Assembly: GCA_030390025.1 (NCBI GenBank)
Contig: CM059432.1
Location: forward strand, 95,296,001-95,360,000
Direction of reading: 5' to 3'
From: Squalus acanthias
Lineage: Eukaryota
DNA: 64,000 nt
In this document: piece after piece, positions 38,195 through 48,580 of the stretch
Layout of the letters: every line of letters starts with the position of its first letter
Numbering within the stretch: the first letter of the stretch is position 1
Notes under the pieces: model-generated
What the model was told of the DNA's origin: nothing
What the model saw: the letters and a program-made list of their open reading frames with translations, nothing else
Databases searched by the model: none
Position numbers and translations under genes: made by a program

Positions 38195-38828
38195 GAATCC
38201 TAACTGGACCAGCCATATAAATATTGTGGCTACAAGAGCAGGTCAGAGGTTAGGTATTCTGCAGCGAGTGACTCACCTCGACTCCCCAAAGCCTTTCCAC
38301 ACTGCACAAGTCAGAAGTGTGATGGAATACTCTTCACTTGCCTGGATGAGTGCAGCTCCAACAACACTCAAGAAGCTCAACATCATCCAGGACAAAGCAG
38401 GCCGCTTGATTGGCACCACATCCACCACCTTAAACATTCATTTCCTCCACCCCTGGTGCACCGTGGCTGCAGTGTGTACCATCTACAAGATGCACTGCAG
38501 CAACTCGTCAAGGCTTCTTCGACAGCACCTCCCAAACCTGTGACCTCTACCATCTGGAAAGACAAGGGAAGCTGGCGCATGGGAACACCACCACCTCCAA
38601 GTTCCCCTCCAAGTCACACACCATCCAGACTTGAAAATATTTCTTCATTGTCGCTAGGCCAAAATCCTGGAACTCCCTCCCTAACAGCACGATGGGAGTA
38701 CCTTCACCAGATGGACTGCAGCAGTTCAGGAAGGTGGCTCACCACCACCTTCTCAAGGGCAATTAGGGATGGGCAATAAATGCTGGCCTTGCCAGTGCTG
38801 CCCACATCCCATAAATGAATTAAAAAAA
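38195..38828 (+). mobile_element. LINE family B (CR1 group) 3' fragment
   Basis: AQVRSVMEYSSLAWMSAAPTTLKKL and the same tail as 52960-53025. Confidence 0.88.
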
Positions 38829-39525
38829 CATGGTGAGTATTGGTCAAGAGGTGGTGAGGGAACAGATATACTGAAATTCTGAGAGCACAACATGTCTTAT
38901 CAGTCCCACTGATCTGTGAGAGAGCACACTGCAGGAGGTGAGTGATGCCTTGAAAGCCCCAATCTATTTGGTCCACCAGTCTCTCCAAGGTGGAACCATT
39001 TGAGCTTCCATCAAAGCTAGTAACATCGATTCCTGGTGTGAGGGCCCACAGTGCTCCTCCAAGCCATGTGCTCCAAGGCAGACTGCAGAGTGGTGATGTC
39101 GTGTGAGGTAACACAATGCAATTTGGAGGTGGACTCCTCCATACTTTCAGCAATGCAGCAGAAACTCATTGGCAGGTCTTCCAATACCTGGTAAATCTGC
39201 TTGTGACAAGCTAGTAGATTTCTTTTCATAGCTGGGCATCTCTGTCCTCCTCAACAGAAATGGGAGAGCAGCTCACCCTCTGATGAGGTATCTCCTGGGC
39301 TGTCCCTTCCACTACCTACTCCTGCTCACTCATGCTGGGCGCGCCATTGCATACGGGCGCCTGTAACTCACTCTCTAACCCATCTGGGGTGCTAATCTCT
39401 GTACTGGATGGAGCACATGATGGTGCATCCTCAGAACGATTGTCCTATTCCAAGGTGTCTTCTTCTGGAGGCCTTTCATAGAATCATAGAAATTTACGGC
39501 ACAGAAGGAGGCCATTTGGCCCATT

Positions 39526-40357
39526 GGGCTGGATTTTGTCAATGGGGACGTGATGGAGGTGGGACTCCCACTTTTTGGGTTGTAGTCCCGCCTCCATTGA
39601 CTTGTGGCCAACCCACTCGATTTTCCCTTGATTGACCTTGTTGAGCCCGCCCAGCGGGCTCAGCAGGCCAATTAAGAGCCACCGGCAACAGGTGACGTCA
39701 CAGATTGACATTTCATCTGTCAACAGCTTTTGACAGATGAAATATCAGCGTTTGACAGCTCCTTGAAGCTGTCAAACACTGACAATCTGTCCTCTAAGTT
39801 AATTCCTTCCTCTCAGGCTGATTTAGAGATCTCTGCAGAACAAAAAGCAGAGGCTGCAGCTTTTGACAGCTCAACGGCCATTCTGCTTTCTGTGCCGGTG
39901 AGATTTCTGACTCCCGAGACCTGAAGGGCTGACACCTGCAGGAGGAAGTTAAGGTAAGTAAAACTTTTTTCCACACTTTACACTTACCTTACACACTTAC
40001 CTCTACACACATGCACCCATCACTCACCTGCCCACCGGACATATCGACCCCTCCAACCCCTGCAGACCCACGGTCCGCCTCGCTAAAACAGTGTGGTTCG
40101 GAACTGTCGGGAAGCCCACACTTCAGGGCTAAAAATAGGGATTAGGCAAAAAACTGCCTGTTAACTACCTGTTAACAGGCAGTTTATTGGTGCTAATCCC
40201 CTTCCCACCTCAGGGAGGTGGGTCCCAGCACAGGTCGGGTACCCGCCTCCTGTGAAATTGGCATGGGGGCGGGATGGGTTCGGGACCCCCGAATCTGCAA
40301 TTTTAACCCCCCACACGCCTCCAAACCCGCCTCCACGGGTCAATGAAGATTCTGCCC
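39526..40357. mobile_element. Harbinger-type MITE
   Basis: TIRs GGGCTGGATTTT / AAGATTCTGCCC; ATT at 39523-39525 and 40358-40360. Body similar to 43174-43999. Confidence 0.88.
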
Positions 40358-40494
40358 ATTGTGTCTGTGCTGGCCAAAAAAGAGCTTTGCAGCTGAGAGG
40401 AACCTGGAGGGAAGAAAAATGGGACAAGAGTTAGCCTGCTACTGACGGCAGCTTGGTATTGTGAAGCTTGTTGAATGTGCATTTTTTGGAAGTG

Positions 40495-40765
40495 CGTGAA
40501 AGGGCAGCAGATGCATGGGAACACCATCATCTCCAAATTTCCCTCCAAGTCACATGCCAACCTGACTTGGACATATATGGCCATTCCTTCATTGTCATGG
40601 GTCAAAATCCTGGAATTCCCTACCCAACAGTGTTGTGGGAATACCTTCACTGCATGGACTGCAGCCGTTCAAGTAGAAGGCCCAACATAATTTTCTGAAG
40701 GGCAACTAGGGATGGTTAATAAATGCCGGCCTTGCAGCGATGCTCACATCCCAAGAAGGAATCAT
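40495..40765 (+). mobile_element. LINE family B 3' tail
   Basis: Similar to 52750-53020. Confidence 0.8.
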
Positions 40766-42546
40766 TTTGGAAAAACTCCACAATTGCCTCCTTTTTTTGG
40801 CATTGTTTGCCATGATGAATCACTTGCCTTAACTATGAAACAAGAACTATGGGACTAGTAATGTGATCTATGCAAAATGACAGTGATTCCCACGAGACTG
40901 GCAGTGAGAAAATGTGCGATTAAATAAACCTGATAAAACTAATAAAAATCACAGAGCAAATAACTTTAAAGGCAATGGAATGATGTAAAGTTCATGTACA
41001 GGGTAAAGTACACTACAGAGATACAGAAGGCCCCAAGAGGTCTCAAAGTTTATTTTGTTGCTGATGTCACCTCTGCTTTTGGCAGCAATCATGCCTTTCA
41101 CAAAGAGGAAGTGTGTATTCTTATCGTTTAATTCATATTTTTGGTGAAGTTTGTGCTCACCAATATGAAGGATCTCCATACTGGGAAATTGACCATTTTT
41201 TCAACTATTGTTATCTAGTATGCCCAGTTTGGGAATAGCATTAGCCAGATCCAGACGCTGTCATTGGAAAGGAAAATCAGGTGGGTGATCCGATATCACC
41301 TGTTCTACACCGCCACCTAAGTCAAAATTTCCACTCAGTGTAAAGTGCCCCCTAATCTGCTCTAATGAAGTGCATGAAGGCCAACCTTTTACTGCACCAG
41401 GGTGAATTTTTCCATTTCCTTGTGTCTCCTCTGAGTGAGATTGACAATTTGATGCCAAACTGGGTAACATCATGGGTGGTTTTATGCCCAAAGCCACTAG
41501 GAATTCGCTTCAGTTTGTCCAAGCTTATTTCACATTGGACCCCTGCTGTTAGTACAGAGGTGAGATTTTTACCTGTTAGACTGGCAGGAATGGAGCCAAG
41601 GTCGCAGAGGTGAAAAAAACAGCCCAGAACAATGAACCTTTAGCTGTTTATCATTTTAATGTTTGTTTTCAAAGCTACGTTTTCGAAGGCACTGTAGATG
41701 TAGTAACTTTGACCTTGATTTTAACGGAAGAGCGGGAACGGTGCCCACAAATTCCTGAAGCGAGAATGATGTCGAGAACCGACCCAAATCTACTTGCCGA
41801 CTTCCCGACAAGATTGGCTGGCAGGTCGGTGGGAAGCAGCTGTCTGTCCGTTAAGGTAAATGGATAGACAAGGAGGGGGGCAGGAGGAGATCCCAATCAG
41901 CGGGGGAGGGGGAGGGAATCCCGGAGTTGGGGAGGACTAAGCTTTCCTTGCTCCTCCTGGGCCACAAAATTTTTAAAAAAAAATTTAAACGTACCTTTCT
42001 GGACCTCCTCTGGCCCCGGCTGCTGTTCCCAGTAGGTTTCACATGGCTGAGAAGCTACCACTGTTCTCCTGCTTAGGCCTCAGATTAAAATAGCATCATC
42101 AGAACCCAATCAGAATATTTAAAGAGTATCCCGCCGCTTGAGGTGAGTGTCTTTGACAGATGAAAGGGGGCTACTCTGAGTGGGGAGGGAGGGGGGTGAG
42201 GCAGTGATCAGGAACATGAGAATATTTAGGCATAAGAATTCGGATCAGGGGTAGGCCATACGGCCCCTCGAGCCTATTCAATAAGGTCATGGCTGATCAT
42301 CGACCTCAACTCCACTTTCCCACCTGATCCCCATATCCCTTGATTCCCCTAGAGTCCAAAAATCTATCTATCTCAGCCTTGAATATACCCAACGACTCAG
42401 CATCCACAGCCCTTTGGGGTAGAGAATTCCAAAGATCCACAACCCTCTGATTGAAGAAATTCCTCCTCATCTCAGTCTTAAATGGCCGACCCCTTATCCT
42501 GAGACAATGCCTCCTAGTTCTAGACTCTCCAGCCAGGTGAAACAAT

Positions 42547-42704
42547 CTCTCAGCATCTACCTTGTCAACCCCCCTCAGAATTTTATATGTTTCAATGAGA
42601 TCACATCTCATTCTTATAAACTCCAGGGAGTTTATAAGAATGAGATGTGGTCTCATTGAAACATATAAAATTCTGAGGGGGGTTGACAAGGTAGATGCTG
42701 AGAG
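42547..42704. repeat. Near-perfect palindrome, 78-bp arms and 2-nt spacer
   Basis: 42547-42624 versus 42627-42704, one mismatch. Confidence 0.95.
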
Positions 42705-43173
42705 TATAGGCCCATTCTACTCAATCTCTCCTCATAGGACAACCCTCTGATCCCAGGGATCAATCTAGTGAACCTTCATTGCACCGCTTCTAAGGCAAGT
42801 ATGTTCTTCCTCAGATAAGGAGACCAAAACTGTGCACAATACTCCAGGTGTGGTCTCACCAAAGCCCTGTACAATTGTAGTAAGACTTCCTTACTTTTGT
42901 ACCCCAAACCCCTTGCAATAAAGGCCAACATGCCATTTGCCTTCCTAATTGCTTGCTGTACCTTCATGCTAACTTTCTGTGTTTCCTGTACGAGGACACC
43001 TAAATCTCTCTGAACACCAACATTTAATAGTTTCTCACCATTTAAAAAAAAAAAATTCTGTTTTTCTATTCTTCTTACCAAAGTAAATAACCTCACATTT
43101 CCCCACATTATACTCCATCTGCCAACTTATTGCCCACTCACTTAACCTGTCCATATCCCTTTGCAGTCTCTTT

Positions 43174-43999
43174 GGGGGTGATTTTATCAATGGGGGCGTG
43201 ATGGAGGCGGGAAAGCTGCTTGTCGGGTTTTAGTCCCATCTCCATCGACGTCCGGCCAACCCACGCTATTTTCCCTTGATTGACCTTGTTAAGCCCGCCC
43301 AGTGGGCTTAGCAGGCCACTTAAGAGAAAGCCGGTGACAGAGAACGTCAGCGTATGATGCTTCATCTGTCAAAAATTTTTGACGGATGAATTGTCATCAT
43401 TTGACAGCTTTGAGAAGCTGTCAAACACTGACAATCTCTGTTCTTTGGTGAGTCCTTGTACTCAAGACTCACCAAACCTCTTTTCTGAGCAGAAATCAGA
43501 TGGCTGTTGCATCGGAGAATGCAGCAGCCATTCTGTCATCTCTGCTGTGGAAATGAGGCACCTCCGCAGCCTAAAGGGATGAAGCTTGGAGGAAGAAGCA
43601 AAGGTAAGTAATCTTATTAAAACACTTTAGACTCACCTCACACACTTAGCTCACCACAATTGCACCCATCACTCACCTGCTCACGGGACATTTCGGCCCC
43701 TCCGACCCCCGCAGACCCACGGCTCGCCTCGCTGACCCTGGTGAGGTTCGGAGCTGTCGGGAAGCCCACACTTTAGGGCTCAAAATAGGGATTAGCCAAA
43801 AAACTGCCTGTTAACAGGCAGTTCATTGGCACTAATCCCCTTCCCGCCTCGAGGATACGGGACCCGGCGAGGGTCAGGTACCCCTCTCCTGGGAAGATGG
43901 CACGTTAGGGGCGGGATGGGTACCCGCTCCCAGATTCTGCCATTTTCCCGGCAGTCCCGCCTCCATACTCGTCTCCCCAGGGCTGGCAAAATCACCCCC
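43174..43999. mobile_element. Harbinger-type MITE
   Basis: Perfect 12-bp TIR GGGGGTGATTTT; TTT at 43171-43173 and 44000-44002. The CR1 resumes precisely. Confidence 0.92.
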
Positions 44000-44530
44000 T
44001 TTGTGTCCTCCTCACAGCTTACTTTCCCATCTAGCATTGCATCGTCAGCAAACTTGGATACATTACACTCGTCCCTTCATCTAAGTCATTAATATAGATT
44101 GTAAATAGCTGAGGCCCAAGCACGGATCCTTGCGGCACCCCACTAGTTTCAGCCTGCCAACTTGAAAATTACCTGTTTTTTCCTAGTCTCTGGGGGAGAA
44201 ATTCGGTATCGCCCCATTTGGGGCGCTAAATTTTGAAATCGTGAAAAATTAATGCCAGGCGCTAATGAGTCTGATGTTTCCCTAAATTGGCTGTTAGCGC
44301 TCCTGGAAAGAGCTGGAGTGCTAAATCAAACGCTAATGACCTTATCAGGGCACTATAGGGGCGCTGCCAGCAGAGCGATAATGAATTTCAGGTGATATGC
44401 TATCGGGAATGATCCTTCACACTGGCCACTTCCAGCTCTTAAAGGGGAGGTTGCATCATTGTGCAGATCCTCATTATCAGCAGTGCTGGCTGTGAAGGCG
44501 ACCTGCTAACAACTCAATCCCCTGATTGTG

Positions 44531-46456
44531 ATGGCTGATCCCACTCCCAGGGAGAGAGCTTGTCGTTTCACGGATGAGATATCGGAGGCATTGGTCACGG
44601 GATTAGAACAAAGGAGAGCAGTGCTGTTTCCGGACACTGGAAGGAGGCCATTGCCCCAGCTATTCAGGGCAATGTGGAGGGAAGTGGCCCAGGAGGTCTC
44701 GGCCAGTCATGTGGTCGTACGCAGCCTGACACAGTGCCGAAAGAAATTCAACGACCTCACACGGGTGGTCAAGGTAAGTACGTGCTTCCACAGGTCCTAC
44801 ATACCAGCATCTGAACCTCAGTCTGTACACACTGCACAAACCACCACACCCCCACCACTCACCCACCAAGCATCTGCACCTACTCAAACTCACATCCACA
44901 TCTCACGCCTTGCCTACAATCACAGCTATTCAACTACGGCAGGCATATCTCCCAAACGCATAGCTGGACTCTGACTCACACACATTAGTTTCTCTTGCAG
45001 GCCAAGATGGCCCACAATAGGAGGGAGCAGCAGAGAACAGGCAGGGGTGATGCGCAGCTCCAGCAGCTCTCAGACCTGAAGGAGCGAGTGCTATGACTCA
45101 TTGGGCAGCAGGTGTTGGGCGGTGTGACCGTCGGCAACGTTGATCCCCTTGCGGGCAACAACAGTATGTTCATCCCCTCTCCTTCTCTCATCCCACTTCC
45201 CCCTCACACCACAAGCCTTTCCCACTTTCCAGCTCCTGATACTGTCTGTATTCCTTGCTCCATTCCTGCCCCACTGCCCTCACCTTAACGCGAGTGTTGT
45301 GCCTTTATGCTTTCAGAGAATCAGCAACCAGATGACCAGCCTGTCCCTGAGCCCTCCACTAAGAGTGAGGAAGGAAAAGAGGAGGAGGAGCAAAGCACCG
45401 CATCACTGCACCTCTCACCCGCAGGCACCACCTCAGATACTGGCACGACGCGATCTTTAGAGGCGAGTTTAGTAGAAGGGTCTGCACTGGGTGATGCACC
45501 GGGGACGAGCGGGCTGCAGCAAGGCCAGGGGAAAATGGTAGCTTGGGAGCCAGCTCCCCGGAGGGCGAGTGTGCGCCCGAGTTCTGCTGCACAGGACTCG
45601 GATGAGGACCTCGATGGGGAGGCATTCACAAGAAGGGTGATGGCCATGCACAACGAGATGATAGGTGCAATGGCAAGGGTGCCTGAGAGCCTCTTGGCAA
45701 TGGTAAGGAGCGTGGAGGAGTCTGCCTCCAACATTGCACAGAGCTCTGCGCACACCATGGAGCCCATCATTTCCACTCTGCAGAAGATGGTGGATTCTCA
45801 GAGAGATCGTGCGGATCCAGACCTCATAACACGTGTGATGGGCGATGTGGCAGCTTCCATTGCAGCACAAGCGGAAGCGACACAACGTCTTAGTGCTGTA
45901 ATGCAGGCAATAGTTGCTGCCATCGAGTCTCAGACTGCTCTCATGCATTCTCAGCTTGATGCCATACAAGCTCTGACTGCTGCCATCATCGTTTGGTCCA
46001 CCAGAGTCCACCAGGGATCTCACGGTGTCACAGCAGCCCAGCAATCTGTGCTCCAGCAGATTGGTAGGGATGCTGAGGTGCTGACCCAGGGAGTGTCAGT
46101 GGAGCAGGAACCTGCTGTCCTCTCTCAGGATGACAGCATTCCTGATCCCACCACTGCCACTCCGCCATTGCACTTGTCTGCCTGTCATCCAGCCAGCCCA
46201 GACTGCCATCGCCCAGCCTGAGGTGGTGCAGTGTACAGCCGGGCCTTCCAGGCCCAGAGCTGGTCGAGAGCATCCTGCAAGGCCATCTGAAGTCTCTGGC
46301 ATGGACACTCAGCAGCCTTCCACCAGCCCTGCTGCAGCCACTGGGGAGACACTATGTAGGAGCAGTAGATTAGGGAAAGGCACTGTAAAAAGGGGAAGAA
46401 AGGATTTGCACAAGGGTGATGAGTTAATATTGTTGCTGTATATATGTGGTTGCTGA
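44531..46456 (+). pseudogene. Harbinger Myb/SANT-like (trihelix) DNA-binding protein gene, 3 exons (44531-44773, 45001-45163, 45317 onward)
   Basis: RFTDEISEALV..VLFP..WREVAQEV..RSLTQCRKKFNDL. GT-AG introns with compatible phases (0 and 1). TGA at 45094-45096 and a probable frameshift near 46170, so the 3' end is uncertain. Confidence 0.85.
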
Positions 46457-46588
46457 ATTTGGATAAATTTATTATTGGAATGTTGCAGATATGGGGCTGT
46501 GTCTCATTTCAGCTTTGGGGTGTGGTATGGAATGAGAAATTGATGGAATGATGGGGACATGCTGAGCAACCAGGAAGTGGCCTCCAAT

Positions 46589-47763
46589 TCATTGGAACTG
46601 AAGTCTGATGAGGCGGTCATGGATCGCCCTTCCACAAGGCCGATTGAGTGGCGGCCTCCTCCGTCGCTGATGTTCGTGCTCCTGTTCCTCCTCCTCCTCC
46701 TCCTCCTCGTCCTCATCCTCGTCCTCCTCATCTCCCTCTTCCTCCTCCTGAGGTGGTGTGGCTATGCTTGGTGGCAATGACTGGGCCCTCATGATGGCCA
46801 AGTTGTGCAGCATGCAGCAGACCATGTGAAAAGGAACACCCGCTTAGCTGAGTACTGGAGGGCTCCTCCCAAGCGGTCAAGGCAGTGGAACCATTGCTTG
46901 AGCACTCCGATGGTCTGCTCAATGATGTTCCTGGTGGCAGCATGGCTCTCAGTGTATGAGTGCTGGGCAGGAGTGTTGGGGTTGCAGAGGGGAGCCATGA
47001 GCCAGGTGGAGAGCAGATAGCCAGCCGCGAGCTTGATGTGGTGGCTGGAACAGAGCTGGCACACCGGTCTGGCACAGGATGAAGGCATCGTGGCTGCTGC
47101 CAGGATAGCGGGTATTGATGGTGAGAATTCACTGTGTGATGTCGCACACCAACTGCACATTGAGTGAGTGGTAGCCTTTGCGGTTACGGAATGCCTCCGG
47201 ATTGTTCCGGGTGCCCGCAGAGCGATGTGGGTGCAGTCAATGGCGCACTGTACCATGGGGAAGCCTGCTATCCTGGCAAAGCCACATGCACGCTCGCGCT
47301 GCTTCTCTCTGGTCATGGGGAATGAAATGTAATCCCTTCTCCTTCTGTAGAGAGCATCTGTGACCTTGCAGATGCAGCAATGGACGGCGAACTGCGAGAC
47401 GTTCGCTATATCTCCTGTTGCACACTGGAAGGATCCGCTGGCGTAGAAATTGAGGGCGATGGTGACCTTGACTGCCACTAAGAGAGCCGTGGTGCTCCTG
47501 ATGTGAGGCTCGAGGTGTGGTTGCAGGAGGTGGCAGAGTTCTGTGACCACATCCTTGGTGAAGCAGAGCCTTCTAATACACTGCTCCTCAGTGAAATTGG
47601 TGTAGGAGAAATGCTGCCGGAATATCCTGGGAGGGTAAGGCCTCCTGTTGAGAGCCCTGTTGGCCCTCCTCCCTCTGGCCACATTTTGCAATCTCTCTCT
47701 CTGTCTCCGCTGCCTCCAACGTTGACGCTGGTGTGTGAGGTCCAGTGCTAGCACAGCCCCCAT
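46589..47763 (-). pseudogene. Harbinger (HARBI1-like) DDE transposase, frameshifted
   Basis: ALNFYASGSFQ, FPMVQCAIDCTHI, HAATRNIIEQTIGVLK, CCMLHNL and an acidic C-terminal tract. At least three frame changes. Confidence 0.92.
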
Positions 47764-48538
47764 TGAAGTATGGAAATATTGCACTTTCAAATCTCACCTA
47801 AAATGAAAGTCAATAATTTTTCTGAGGCAGAAGACTCCTTCAACTGAAAAACATTGAAATTGCTCAAAACGCCCGTTTGCCTATTTCAAACTGACAAGGC
47901 AGCATTCTTTGCCGACTAAAGATAAACCGGATGTTGATGCCTTTTATATAGCGCTCCTCCAGCGCTCATCCGACTGCATACCGCCTCCTCTACCTGTCGT
48001 TGCTAATGGCAGCCACTCAGGCAGGGGGCGAGAGTGAATTTCTGAGCTAGGGCGCTACCGGGGCGCTGTGCAGCCAGATGACGTCATGATCTCCGGCCAC
48101 AGGAGAGTGTGGTGCTAGTGTGTACCGCCACCGCAAACCTCCACTTTAATTTCTCAGGCGTCGGTACTATCGCCGCTCCCGGTCGCTAAGCTGGTCGTGC
48201 TCTATTAGCACCCCCGGAGGTGCTAACTGGAGGCGCAAAGGTACCCAATTTCTCAACCTTTGTTTTCTGTCGGTTAACCAATCCTCTATCCATACTAATA
48301 CATTACCCCCAACTCCATCATGACCTCTTATCTTGCATAACAATCTTTTATGTGGTACCTTATCGAATGCCTTTTGGAAATTCAAATATACTACATCCAC
48401 TGGTTGCCCTTTATCTATCCTGCTAGTTACATCCTCAAAAAACTCTTAATAAATTTGTAAAATACGATTTCCCTTTCATAAAACCATGTTGACTCTGTCT
48501 AATCATATTATGATTTTCTAAGTGCCCTGTTACCACTT

Positions 48539-48580
48539 AAGTCATCCTCGGTTCCAAGGGACTGCCTAAGAAGAGAAGAA
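48539..48580 (+). mobile_element. 42-bp 3' tip of RTE LINE with 10-bp TSD
   Basis: Matches the reverse complement of about 24859-24895. GTTACCACTT at 48529-48538 and 48581-48590. Confidence 0.9.

Larger units (their letters stand above)
37346..40490. mobile_element. Decayed autonomous-type Harbinger (transposase +, Myb-gene remnants -) interrupted by LINE-B, a CR1 tail and a MITE
   Basis: Transposase peptide at 37760-38171. LEDLPMSFCCIAESMEES (39017-39229) resembles exon 3 of the 44531 gene. Boundaries are approximate. Confidence 0.7.
44192..48258. mobile_element. Structurally complete PIF/Harbinger DNA transposon (about 4.07 kb), inactivated
   Basis: Imperfect TIRs GGGGGAGAAATTCGGTA / TACCCAATTTCTCAACC; TSD TCT/TTT; two convergent genes. 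The CR1 resumes across it. Confidence 0.92.

Noticed and set aside
46589..47763. Host HARBI1 gene
   Set aside because: It is frameshifted, lies between TIRs with a TSD and is inserted in a CR1, so it is a transposon copy rather than the domesticated gene.
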